This document shows positions 1 to 12,532 of a DNA stretch of 64,000 bases, in pieces. A model generated the notes under the pieces. That model was not told the origin of the DNA. It worked only from the letters and a program-made list of their open reading frames with translations, and did no database searches. How positions within the stretch are numbered: the first letter of the stretch is position 1; each line of letters starts with the position of its first letter. The stretch comes from Podarcis pityusensis (taxonomy: Eukaryota): NCBI GenBank assembly GCA_964106645.2, contig OZ067050.1; one strand, written 5' to 3'. A program made the position numbers and the translations under genes.

Positions 1-251
1 AGAGAATTGGCCATTGATTTGGGAATAATGGCAGAAACAGAGCCCAGATCCTGGATGGCCAAGATCATTAGGAAGAAGTACATTGGAGTATGTAAGTGAT
101 GGTCAAAAACTACTGCAGAGATGATAAGAAGATTCCCTGATGCAATTGCTAAGTATAATATCAGGAACAAAAGGAATTGTAGAATCTGCAGTTCCCGGAT
201 TTCTGAGAATTCAAGGAGCAGAAATTCAGAAATGGAGGATTGATTATCCAT
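1..251 (-). CDS. Olfactory receptor (OR14-like), 5' part; runs off the window edge
   Basis: Manual translation of the minus strand from ATG at 251: MDNQSSISEFLLLEFSEIRELQILQFLLFLILYLAIASGNLLIISAVVFDHHLHTPMYFFLMILAIQDLGSVSAIIPKSMANS. Has the GN and LHTPMYFFL motifs. Acceptor-like TTTCTTCCAG ends at 287. Not in the ORF track. Confidence 0.92.
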   Translation of the reverse strand, partial: MDNQSSISEFLLLEFSEIRELQILQFLLFLILYLAIASGNLLIISAVVFDHHLHTPMYFFLMILAIQDLGSVSAIIPKSMANS

Positions 252-1595
252 TAAAAATAAACAAATTACTATAATGCTTGCCACCCCTGGAAGAAAGCAG
301 AAATGTAACACAGTTACAAACAAATGCCTACTTTATTTTGTAGATATTTGTGGGAGGGGGGAAAGACAGAAAGACAAGGGGAATAAATTATATGTCTTAG
401 AAGTGAACCTTTTGATGGCTATAGGATAAACCCTAACGCTCTTGGCCATCCTTACTGCTTTTGGGCTTAGGGGATGATGAGGTTAAAATATTACTTAGAG
501 GGCAGAGGACTCCCCATATCATTTCCATATTTAGAATACACAATGCTTAGAAACTGCACTAAGACATCAGAACCGAAATAACATTCTATTTCAGCCTAAC
601 TTTCTACTTCTTTTTATGGACAACAACACTGAAAAACTTCAACACATGTGCTGGATAAGGTGCACTTAGTTAATTGCTTGATTAGAACAGGAACATTGAA
701 CTCCCAAAACTTTAGGGCACCCAGCAGATTTGTAATGAAGAAAAATCTTACATTATTGTTGATTATATTTTGAGTGAGTACAGTAATGGAACCGAGTACA
801 GGAATCTTGTTGCTGCTTACTAGGAGGTAGTGGTGAGGTCAACATATATGAACCATATATATTACAAACCATATATTTTAAACTACTTTTCCACAACTAT
901 TCTTAGAATAGTCTGAAGTTTCATTAGTTTACATTCCTCACCAGATAGAATATCTACAAACTACCATGGTTTATCATGAATAGAAATATTAGACCATTTT
1001 TTTAAAAAAGCTAGCTGCTTTAACTGTTCAGCAATAAATCACTTTCAGGATGATGATGATTTTAGTGGGAGGTATACATTTAGTAAACCCAAACCTGCAT
1101 CTAACCTGCTTCTATATAACCCCTCAGCACTGCTGTGCTACCTAAGCTGTATCCAAATAGTCAGAAAAGCAATTTATATTTTTGCAAGTTTAAGAAAGTG
1201 TGAAATGTATCTATCTTTTTCTAAAGTATTAAGTAGATCAGTTACGTAGATAAATGACTTACATTTCCCCTCATAGATTTATTGTATCTCCTCTTGCACT
1301 TTCTGCTCCCAGCACTGTTACTCAGTGATCCATAACATCTTACAAATGTTATCCTGCTCCTTTTGAAGCATAGAAAGCCCATCTATACTGGCAGAAGAAG
1401 TCTATTAAAAGCATAATTTCCCTGGAGCCTTGTTCTCTGCAGTCTGCTGTACCACAGGATTACAGGTGTCCAGGTGAAGGATTACCGGTAAATCTCTTAT
1501 CTGTGTTTTGCTAATAAAATTAGCAGAGGGTGTGGAAGAGTTTGTGAGAGTGACAGACCATTCACAACCAAAACCCACTCTGTCTGCTGTTAGAG

Positions 1596-1897
1596 CATGG
1601 GTAGGCAAACTAAGGCCCGGGGGCCAGATCCGGCCCAATCGCCTTCTAAATCTGGCCTGAAGATGGTCCGGGAATCAGTGTGTTTTTACATGAGCAGAAT
1701 GTGTCCTTTTATTTAAAATGCATCTCTGGGTTATTTGTGGGGCCTGCCTGGGGCTTTTACATGAGTAGAATGTGTGCTTTTATTTAAAATGCATCTCTGG
1801 GTTATTAAAAAAAAACAAAAAACAACATAGTCCGTCCCCCCACAAGGACTGAGGGACAGTGGACCAGCCCCCTGCTGAAAAAGTTTGCTGACCCCTG
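1596..1897. mobile_element. hAT-type non-autonomous DNA transposon (MITE)
   Basis: Imperfect terminal inverted repeats CATGGGTAGGCAAACT / AGTTTGCTGACCCCTG; perfect 8-bp TSD TGTTAGAG (1588-1595, 1898-1905). Internal ~50-bp duplication. A second copy lies at 10952-11198. Confidence 0.85.
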
Positions 1898-2096
1898 TGT
1901 TAGAGTCTCCAGTATTAGAAATGGAAGAAGCTGAATCAGACCATTGATCCATCTATCTCTGCATTGCCTACAGTGGCTCACATTGGGGAATCTGATTGCA
2001 AACTATTAATATAACCACGCAACTGGACCTTAGCCAGAGGCACCAACTCATGTTAGGTATCTCTGTGTTGTCACTGTGCAATGCTTGGAGTCACAA

Positions 2097-2704
2097 TGTG
2101 CTGGACCCGGGGGGGGGGGTTACCGAGAGGCGTGGTCAGAGTCCGGTCCTGGGTCGAGAGTCTGGAGACTGTCCACCAAGGGCGAAGTGGGGTCCAAAGC
2201 AGGAAGTCGGGCATGGTCAGGAACTCCGGAAGAACAGGTCTGGGTGCTGGCAGAAACAGGTTTCCAACGACGTTGCTCCCGCAACCTGGGACCGGGCTGA
2301 CTGGCCTTTATCTTCTCTGAGGCCAGGGGTGGTCCCGGCCCACAGGTGACCTGCCTCTCCTGGCCTTAAGGCGAGCACTCCTCCTGAGAGAACCCAGTTC
2401 CCTCCGCCTCTCTGCCCTGAGCCTCTGCAGCTCAGGAGAGGCTGGAGGGTTACTGGACCCAGGGGGAGGCTCACCTTCCCCTGACAGGGCTGGGGGGAGA
2501 GGCGCACCTGTAGGCAATGGGTCCTCAATCACCTCCGGAGCCAGAGTGGATTCATCTGGTGTCTGCTCCTGAGGATCCAGCACAGGTGCAGGCGCTTCAG
2601 ATTCAAGGCCCTGCCCTGGCTCAGCCGGCCCTGGAGGCGGGGACTTCTTTGCAGGATGGGATTCCTCTGGTTCAGCCTCTGAATCAGACTCCCAGGCCAT
2701 CACA
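2097..2704 (-). mobile_element. Solo LTR (Gypsy-like)
   Basis: TGTG...CACA termini, perfect 5-bp TSD CACAA (2092-2096, 2705-2709), 608 bp, GC-rich. Orientation and family are inferred. Confidence 0.75.
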
Positions 2705-5700
2705 CACAAGACTCTGTTTTGCATTCCAGACATTCCAGACTGTTGGAAGTCTCACAGAAGACGGGAGGCGGATGTGATGTTACTGGTTTCCTGTTCCTTT
2801 GTTTTCCGGTTGCTCTCTGCTTTCACAGAGAGAGGATGAATTTACTGTCTGCGTAGTTAGAAATAAAACTCTTAGCAATGTAGCTCATATTTCTCGTCCT
2901 TCTGCTGTTTTGTATGCTCTGTGTAATGAAGGAACGTGCCTGGAGCCTTATCAAAGGCTCAGGTCGTTAATCATTGTAGGAGGCAATTTTGGAGGACTCG
3001 ACCGGAGGATGAGCTTTTCCAGCTCGGTCGTAGCGAAGGCTCCAACATTGTTGGTTATCAGGCCCAGAAGACGGAATGCAGCTTGTCTGCTCTGGTGTCA
3101 AGAAGAGTTATGGGAGGTATGTGCTCATTGCCCCAGGAAGCCTGCCAGTCCCTAATTAATTGGCAATAAGGGTGGATGTTGAACTTCTAGCCAAAGCAAG
3201 ATGCCCAGCTCTTTGGGGGCGCGCAATATGTTTTTGGGTGAGTGCCCCCCTCCACCCTTGTTCAAAAAAATCAGGGGGTAGAGGAGGCCAAGCACAGAGC
3301 TGAGCATAGTGCAACTTCAGTGGACAGCTCCTTCTTCTTCTCCTACTCCTGCCACAGAGGGGAAGAGGTGGAAGCAGCCTCTAGCTGGTGGCAGCAGCAG
3401 GAGGAGGAGCTGCCAGTCACTGAAGCCACACTACTGCTATGTTTGCCTCCCCACCCCTCCCCAGCTCCTCCTAACATCGCATGTGCAACATCACACACAC
3501 AATGTTGCCCCCCCACAATGTCCCTTGCAAGTTGGTACCTCTGTCCTCAGCTATTGCCTTTGAGCAAATTCTTGAAAGACAGAGGGCACCATTACTACAG
3601 ACAACAAGAGAGTATGGGATGATATTGACAACATGTAGAAGGCACACATTTTGAATCCCTGACTTTGTGCTCTGCTTGCTCTAATATCAGGTATATCTCT
3701 CCTCTCCCTTATTTTTCTTTCCTTTAGTATGAGTATTGTGGTACATTGCTATGCTCATTTTCTCTAGCCTTTTAGGAAGTTTGGGACTCTCTCACTCTGT
3801 AAGACTAAGAGGTGTGTATGTACTGAATGGTGGTTTTCTGCCATATTTGTAGCCTTCTGTCTAAACCATATACTCTGTCTCTTTTGTTTCTATTTAATAA
3901 ACAAGTGTTTTTCTACTTCCTGGTGTGACAAATTATTTACTGGTCAAATGTATGCATGCATTTTTAACAGATGGGGTTGTTGATTCCATGCAAAAGGATC
4001 CATTCCTCTCATGAGTGTGTGTTGGGTCTGTACACACAGTGGAACACTGTCACCTAAATTGTTGTCAAAATTGCTCAGTGGGCACAGGAGATTTAGAAGT
4101 ATGCCACCATCACCCGCTGGCAGAGGAAGAGGAGTGCAGGGGGAGCGCAGCGCAATCCTGGCAGGGTGCCATCGTGGCTCTCCCCCCGCCCGTGCTTGGT
4201 GCCAAGCCCCCGCAGGCGGCGTGCTCCACCCTCAGGATGCGCGCCAGCCCTGCCCTACCTGCTCTCCCCCAGTGCCAGAGCATGAAGCTCCGCCACTGCC
4301 ATCACCCCTGCCCCAGTGTCCTCCTTTAAAATGTATTAAGAGCAATAGATACCATTTGGCCACTTTGTATGTAGGTCACAATGGAGACTTGCTTCCACTT
4401 CCTCCTATGTGTGTTCACTATAGACATACATTACCTGGTAACTGCCTTATAGTAAATCAGACCATTGGTCCATCTAGCCCAATATGATCTGTTCTCATTG
4501 ACAGTGTCCCCATATGGTGCCCCTCCCAGTAATCACTGGAATACTGCTTGAATGGTGGCTTGAATAGGTCTTATAAAATCACAAAAATCGACATTAAATA
4601 AATCATTACTTTGTAGAGTTTATTCTTCCGGTTTGTGTGTGAGAGAGATTTATTTTGCTATTTTAAAAAAATGAGCAAGCAACAATAATCAACATTTTGA
4701 AAATAATTCTTTTTGAAATACTGATAACTGTCTATAAACTGTTTTAACTCATCTCCAGGGAAATTAGAGGAGGAACACGTGAGGTTTTTTTCTGCTTCAT
4801 TTACTTCTATGTTTTCTAAGATGGAATTATTTCACCATAGTTCAGTTCTTCATTCTTAATTGACCTTCTCATCTGTTGAAGATGGTTGTCATTAATTAAC
4901 CAAAAGCACATTACCTTTAAAAAGAAGCTTTAACCCTTTTTTATTTTCCAAAAAGAAGACAAAGAGCAATATGCCCTATAAATTAGCATTCTTGGGATTA
5001 TTGTGCTTTCCAAATAATATAATGAAGCCTAATTAGCCTGACTTTTTGGAGGAGGTTGTAAGCTCAGCTTTAAAAAATAATGATCTCTCTAGAGATAATC
5101 TTGTATCTGTACAACTATTTAAACTAATTAAGCTAGACTGTGAAATGTAAAATAATGAGAAGCATGTTTTGTCTTTAAATTAGTTTAATTCCTACAATAA
5201 AGAGGAATAAATATTTCAAACAGTATTCCAGTTAAATTAATATGTTGTATCTCTTACAGCATTAATTGTGGTCTTTACAAACTGAAGGGAAGAAGAAAAA
5301 ATGTTTGGTAGATGCCACAGTAATTCTAAGTGAAGTGATTTTAGAATTATACAGTCAACACACTTTGCAAATCAAATTAATTCAGCATGCATGTTGGCAC
5401 GGAAACTTGAATTGCTCCTCCTCATTCCCTGACATAAGGTGCTGATTAAAAACAAACAATTATACAAACTAGACGAATAACACACTGGAACATAAGATGG
5501 CACTCACATCCCACTATACAGTAAGGAAGAAACTACTTACTGTAAAGTTTGATTTTCCTCTCTGTACACTTTGCCAGTTGGGAAATAAGGAATTGAACCC
5601 ATCTTTACCATGTCTCCTTCCATTCACCATTTTAAAATCAAAGGCCAAACCAAACATATGCCATGTGGTCTGTGTAAAAAGTTGCAATTATTGGAAATAA

Positions 5701-6200
5701 TCATAATTGAGGAATGGATGATTGCATAAATAAAAACCCAGTGTTCTGACCCTATGGTGTACCTTGTTGTGGAAGCAAAAAATTGAATCAAAGGGTCCAA
5801 GTCCTGGGAGAAGGGAGAAGTGTAGGTTTGACCCAGATCTACACTCTATGTTAGACTTTGTACAGCTCCTGATAGCTGCCAGCTGTTGGCCATTTCAGAC
5901 AATACAATCACACTGAAAGACTGAATGCATATATTGGGGCAGGGATCATATCCAATGGTCCTGCCCTGACTGAATGTGTTTTCCAGTTCTGCAGCACTTC
6001 ACCCATATTAGAATCTCATGGAATAAATAGCCTGCCTAGGTGTGAAAAACCTGAGACTACCTTAAATTTATGTGAACTTAGAGTCTTCTTGTAAGTTAAC
6101 ATATCATCAAAGTAGAACTCTGTGGAAAGAGTGGACTGTGTTGACTTCTCTGGCAGTTGAGGAACAGTTCTATAAATGCTGAGTCTTGTTTTCAGCCTTT

Positions 6201-6968
6201 TTGCGCTTAGAGGCCCCCAAGCCCTTCCTCTGTAAATAACTTCACACTGACACATAAATTTTAGTTTAAGCTATTGGGCAAAATTTTAGGCCACAGATTT
6301 ATTAATTACAGCAAAGTGAGTGGTATTGGCTTAGGCATTGGCAACAGACTATAACTGACTCCTGCCTCTCTGGCTGAAAGGGTAAACACCAAACGAGGGA
6401 GCCACATCAATGAAGATCAACCGAAGCTCACCCGGGGTTCCTGTGGTCCTGGCATGGCCCTAGCCCCTCAAGCGGACTTTGGATGAGATCCAGGACCCCC
6501 AGATACCTTTGCCAGAATACCTATTTCTGGAGGGGCAGGTGATGGCCTCACCTGCCCTCCCACACACTTCAATAAGCCAATGCCTGACTGCCAAACCTTA
6601 CAAAGTTGTGACGATTGTGAAGGGGGTAGGGGAAAACCAAGTGGCTACAGCCAATCTGCCAAATGGAAAAAAATCCTACCCAGCCCTTGTTCCAAAACAG
6701 GTGACCCAATCCAAAGCAAGGCCAGAGCAGCATGATGTAAAATTAGGGAGGGAGGGTGTTCAGCAGCGCAAAGCAAGTGCCCCCAATCACATCGCGCTGC
6801 CGCTTTTATAGGCCCCGGGAATCACACCGCCCGCCCTGATTGGCCAAAACAGCCTGGCGCGATCCCAGGGCCTAACGGTTAAGGCTTGGGACACACTTAG
6901 CTACAACCCACCCTGCGGGGGTGTCCTGGGAGCCCAAGCGCAACCAGGACCTTCATTAAGGAGGATCC
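6201..6968 (-). mobile_element. DIRS-like non-autonomous element, related to 26811-27604
   Basis: Short inverted repeats TTGCGCTT (6201-6208) / AAGCGCAA (6936-6943). The reverse complement shares CAATGCCTAAGCCAATAC...GCTGTAAT.AATAAA.TGTGG with the array element. CCAAT and GC boxes near the 5' end; no TSD seen. Confidence 0.5.
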
Positions 6969-7836
6969 CATTTATTGCACAATTTCACATTGTGTAATCT
7001 TATATACAAGTAATTGTATGTGATACACACACATTTTAAAAAGCTGGACATGATGGCTTCCATTTTTAGTTTTAAAATATATTTTCCATAAGAAAGCTTC
7101 CCATAAAAATGAAAGTAGTAGGTTTTTAAAAATGAATAATCTGTTCAACATTCTAAAACCCACAATTCCTGCCAGAATTCAAATGATGTGGAAGCTAATG
7201 GATACTGAAACACTAAGGGCTCATCCACAGTTCTGTTTGTGTTGCAATTTCTAGGCACAGGCTGGAGTGTTGTTGGGTTTTTTTGTCCTGCCACTTTCCC
7301 TGGGAAAACCTGCTGTTTACTGCTGAATCAGAACAGGCATCAATCAGGTTTTCCCCTTGATTGACATTTGCTCTGATTCAGCGGTAAAAGAAGCAAACTG
7401 CAACTCCTAGATTTCATAATAAAAAATATTACATTTTTAATTCTGTTTGTGAAGAGAGTCTTGAAATTGCAATGGCCATATCTGGTGAAATCTTGGGGAT
7501 CCCAGATAATATGTCCAGCAGTAAAGTCTTTAGTGCCATGCATAACTTCTTGTCCAATCCATGACTAGAAAACCAAGACAAATTAATTCAATAATAAAAG
7601 ACAAATATCACACACACTTTGCAAAATACACATCATGTATGTAGAATACTGGCCACTTCAAGATGACCTGTTTATTGAACATTCATCCTGAATTGTTTGC
7701 AGAAAGTTTGTTGGGAGATCAGGTAATGTTGCCTACTGAGCATGTACTTTGGGGGGTGGGGTTATTGGAAGGTTATAGGGTATTGCACCAAGCAAGTTGT
7801 ATCCCATATTTTACAGAGTATTTGTAAGTGCATCAT

Positions 7837-8754
7837 TTATTTTCTATTTATAAGCCTCCAAAGTGCTCTCTTGATATCTTTATTCCTGATGCTATAAATA
7901 ATGGGATTCATGAAAGGTGGAATGATTGAATATATCACTGCAAGCATCAGCCCCATGTCTGAGGAGAACCTAGATGCTCGTCCCAAGTAAGCAATGCTTC
8001 CAGTGAAGAAAAATAAGAAAAGGACAATGAGATGGGGAAGGCAAGTGGAGATGGCTTTTTCTCTTCCTTGTACAGAGGGGATCCTCAGCACTGCTTTTAA
8101 AATCTGCAGATAGGAAATAATTATGAATCCAAAACATCCTATACCCAACACTGAACAAAATATGACAGCTCCTCCTTCAAAAATGTATGAGTTGGAGCAT
8201 GAGAGCTGGAGAAGCTGTGGGATTTCACAGAAAAACTGGTTTATGACATTAGAGCAAAAAATGATTCCAAATGTGCAGCTAGTGTGCAAAACAGCATAGA
8301 AAAGGCCAATGAGCCACACACTAACTACCATTTGAATGCAGGATACTTTGTTCATAAGTAGCTCATATTGCAGTGGGTTGCAGATGGCAATGTATCGATC
8401 ATAGGCCATGACTGTCAGGAGGAAGAACTCGGAGGATGCAAAAAAAACAAAGAAGAAGACCTGAGCCACGCATTCAGAATACGAAATGTGCCTGGTGCCC
8501 AGTATGGTGTTAGCTATAGCTTTGGGAATGGTGACTGAGATGTAACCAAGGTCGACAGCAGATAAATTCACCAGGAAAAAGTACATTGGAGTATGAAGAT
8601 ATTGGTTGAGTGCTACAACATTGATCACCAGCAGATTTCCAGTCAGAGCTGTCAGGTAGATTATGAAAAATGTCACAAAGCATACAATCTGCAGTTCTCG
8701 AATTTCAGAGAATTCCAAGAGAAGAAAACCTTTCACAATGCTTTGGTTGAACAT
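7837..8754 (-). CDS. Olfactory receptor, OR14-like (305 aa)
   Basis: 7TM ORF with LHTPMYFFL, MAYDRYIAIC, KAISTC and PFMNPIIYS. First ATG is at 8754 (MFNQS, N-glycosylation site); the track start at 8772 is a non-ATG codon. The most divergent OR in the window. Confidence 0.96.
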   Translation of the reverse strand: MFNQSIVKGFLLLEFSEIRELQIVCFVTFFIIYLTALTGNLLVINVVALNQYLHTPMYFFLVNLSAVDLGYISVTIPKAIANTILGTRHISYSECVAQVFFFVFFASSEFFLLTVMAYDRYIAICNPLQYELLMNKVSCIQMVVSVWLIGLFYAVLHTSCTFGIIFCSNVINQFFCEIPQLLQLSCSNSYIFEGGAVIFCSVLGIGCFGFIIISYLQILKAVLRIPSVQGREKAISTCLPHLIVLFLFFFTGSIAYLGRASRFSSDMGLMLAVIYSIIPPFMNPIIYSIRNKDIKRALWRLINRK

Positions 8755-9261
8755 TTCCTTACTGTTATTCAATAATGCACCCCTGTCAGAGAAGGGAAGA
8801 CATAAATGGGATGGTGGTGTCCTGAAATGTATCTCAATAGAGGTTCTACATGCATGTTTTAAAAATTGAACATTGATTAATTCTGCCTAAATGCAATATT
8901 TGACCATGCTTATGAGGACAGTAAATGAGTCAGATGGGTCGTGTTGACTTTATGAAGATACACATAATAACTGCAGTAACCCAAAAAAGGAATATATATT
9001 TAGGAACTGGTGACATGTAAACACATTTATAGTCACTGTTTGACTTACCAAAAAGCAGAACATTAATAATCAAATTATGTGGTTGACATCTTTAAAGTAT
9101 TTTGAAAAACAAAAATTAGCAAGGCAAGGGGTAATATCCGACAGAAGATGTAATGCTGATTAGATTGTGTTTGTGCAAAAACTGCTGCAGTGGCAACCCA
9201 ACACCCAGAATGGACTGTTCATTTACGTTTCATTTAATTGCATATGACAATAGAGCTTACA

Positions 9262-9403
9262 CCAGGGACAGACAATGTGGTGCTCTCCAACTATTTCTTG
9301 GACTCCAGGTCTCAACATTGCTACCCATTGGCTATGCTGGCTAAGTCTGATGAAAAATAGAGTCCAACAACATAAGGAGGAAACCATACTGGTGATTCCT
9401 GCT
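9262..9403. mobile_element. Degenerate palindromic MITE (hAT-like)
   Basis: Inverted arms (TGTGGTGCTCTCCA...TTGGACTC / GAGTCCAACAACATAAGGAGG); a related copy lies at ~59423-59550. Boundaries approximate. Confidence 0.5.
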
Positions 9404-10951
9404 CTACACGGTTATGATCACAAGTAACGTTACAAATGTTCTAATCAGTATTGCCAACCTGGAGGGCAAGACTTGCCGTCTTCTCTACAGACAAGTTCTT
9501 AGTACTTTTACAAAAAACAACAACAACAACAACAACCATTAAGGCTGCAACCCTATACCCGCTTACCTGGGAGTAAGTCCTGTTGAAATCCATGGGATGA
9601 ACTTCTGAGCAGAAGTGCACAGGATTGAACAGTAACTAAATCCATGCTAGGCTTCTTATGTTTGACTTTATCCATACAAAGCATACTTTAACACAGAACT
9701 GAGACTCATCTTTAAAAAACACAAAAAACCAGCAGCAAACAAGGATGTAGATAAACATTTGAGGAAAAGATGGTGGTGTGGGACAATAAAAGCAGAATAT
9801 TTAATACCAATTACCCAGTCATTAGATGTCATCCCTAACAGGAGATTGTTTATAAAGATTCAAGAAGGCATTTAGGCCAGTATTGTTATATTCCTTTTAA
9901 GGAAGGGACTTCCATCCAAAGTCATAGACAGATGTCTGCATAATTCCACTGGAAGAAATTTAAGTCCAACACCTGACAAAAAAAATAACATGATGATGGA
10001 TGAAAGAATGATTTTAAGGAAAAGAACAACAACATTGTCTATACAATTATAAACAATCCCCAGTGTTCTTTGGCTGTATCTGTTTCTTTATACATTTCTC
10101 TATGAGCTAGCTATGTTATTCCAAAACAGGCATTTCCCAGGCCTAATCCCAAAATATCAGTTTTTTGTGCACACCTTTGTCTCACATTGTCAGATGATTT
10201 GTCAGTCATCACCATAGTAAATCTGTCCACCAATCACTCTTTCTCACAGTCTGTTGAAGGTCTACCGCTCACATGTTGTCTTTTTCCTGTGACCTTCCAG
10301 CTGTCTGTGTCTGTATAATCTGCAAAATCCTAGTTATTTACCTATTCAATCCTCTAGTTCCTCTGAAATGAAAATCTGCAATTATTTGCCAGAAGAGCAT
10401 GTATCTGGCTCAGTGGTAAAATGACATCCGAAGGACGCTTTTGTAGAAAGCTTTATATGTAGCTTTCCTAAGTTGGCGTCTGGGGATAGGCTGACATGAG
10501 TCCAATCAAATATAACAGCAGTTTCTTTGAGGGAAATATAAATATATTTAAATGGCTAGAGAATTAAAGTTAGGGATAGAATTATTGATCTCAAAAAATA
10601 AAAATAAAATTGTGTAGGGATTACAGACCTGGCTCCCATTTTTAGTCTTATGGTTCCACCCCTCAAACTAGAACTAAATGCAAATGTTCCTGAGAAAGTA
10701 AAGAGTACATTCCCCTCCCTCACTGAACAGCTAGCAAGAGCCCCCTATTTCCAGAGACTTTGTGCAGGGCTTCTAGATCACAGGGTGGTATTTCTACACA
10801 TATTTGAGACCTGACAACTTCTTCTTCCTCCTTATTAGAAATTAAACATTGACAATAATATCTAACTCAGATGGGAGAAATTACAAGGCAACTGCTACTA
10901 AATAGATTAGGGCAGGGAAGGAAATAGTGGGCCAGGTGAGTTATATTAAGT

Positions 10952-11198
10952 CATGGGTAGGCAAACTAAGGCCGGGGGCCGGATCCGGCCCAATCGCCTT
11001 CCAAATCCGGCCCATGGACGGTCTAGGAATTAGCGTGTTCTTACGTGAGTAGAATGTGTCCTTTTATTTAAAATGCATCTCTGGGTTATTTGTGGGGCAT
11101 AGGAATTCATTCATCCCCCTCCAAAATATAGTCCGGCCCCCCACAAGGTCTGAGGGACTGTGGACCGGCCCCCTGCTGAAAAAGTTTGCTGACCCCAG
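10952..11198. mobile_element. hAT-type MITE, same family as 1596-1897
   Basis: Same terminal inverted repeats; 8-bp TSD TATTAAGT / TGTTAAGT (one mismatch). Confidence 0.85.
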
Positions 11199-12532
11199 TG
11201 TTAAGTCATTTGTTTTTTAATGTAATTTAAAAAAAAAAAAATTTTTTTAACCTCATAATCTTGTCAAGGTGAGATACTGTTAGTTGCTGGTTGCTCTGCA
11301 GCGCCTTCTGGTGTCACATTTTAATAATGCATCACGAACATTAAAAGGGAAACGTCATGTGGCCATATGATTATCAAACCATTCCTTAACCCTTCCTTAA
11401 CGTTAACAGCCATGAGTGTAGATCTGTCCTAGATCTGCTTGGTTGAGTGAGTTATGATACAGCGGATTTTTGGCTCAGACAGATGTTTCTCCACTCAGCC
11501 AGGCCACACCAGAGTAAGTCCAGCATAATTTACACTGGTTTATTTCACCAACACAAGTGACTGTAAGTGATGGAAGATAATGCAACTACTGTGTGGGTTT
11601 TTGCATAGTCATTGTGACCTTGACTTAATCTTGCATCAGTCACTTGGAGCGGGTAGTAAGATGAACCACATCAATACAGTGGCGGAGGAACCCTCCCCGG
11701 CACCCGGGGCAATACACTGAGGGGCGGGGCAAGCCACCCGATGGCGTACATGCAACATCCGTACGGATCCCCATATGGACGGCATGCGAGAGCGGCAGCC
11801 TGTATGGTCGCCATGCAAAAGGCAGCCTGTATGAATGCCCATATGGATGGTGAACGCAAGTGGCACCCATACTGACTGCACATGCCCTCGGCTGCTCTAC
11901 AGCTGGGGGGAGGCAGGGGCCATCTTGTCACACACACCCCAGAGTGGTACCCGGGGTGGACCGCCCTCTCCACCCCCAACTTCATACATCAATAGAATAT
12001 TTCTTTCTCAGGAACATTGCACCCAGAATCCTAAGTAAAATGCAATTTTAAAATGAGCGGTAGAAATGGGAATTTGGGAGAAAGTTTAAGAAACAGCTCA
12101 CAACATTAGTCTCATTTTGTTTTTTATTTGCTATAGATTTTATAAATTGTTACTGATAGTTTTAAATGTTATGGTTCAATTTTAAGGGGATACAATGTGG
12201 TTTCAATTGGATTAATATTAGTCATATTTTTATCTCCATTGCTGTATTTTCTTAAATGTTCTACTCAGCCATAAATGAACAATCACATCCTTAAAGGATG
12301 GTCTAAAAATCAGTCAATCATTAAAAGTATTCTTGGGCTTATGGTACTTGGTCAAGTGGGTGGTACTAAATAAACACTTCAATAATATGAATTGTTCACC
12401 TTGTGTGAAAAAGGTCCACAGCGCAGGCCAGCCCATTGCAGTATTCCAACTTATACTGCCACTCTGTAGAATAATTGAGGTTGTAGTCCACGACATTTTC
12501 TCTGCATAGACAGGATGACATACCACCCACAT

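Noticed and set aside
1996-2777. Cluster of overlapping GC-rich ORFs
   Set aside because: They mostly coincide with the TSD-bounded solo LTR; the low stop-codon density reflects GC content.
2770-4330. Possible further LTR or MITE fragments and GC-rich patches (also 11636-11990 and 60990-61330)
   Set aside because: Probably repeats, but I could not define termini or TSDs well enough to call them.
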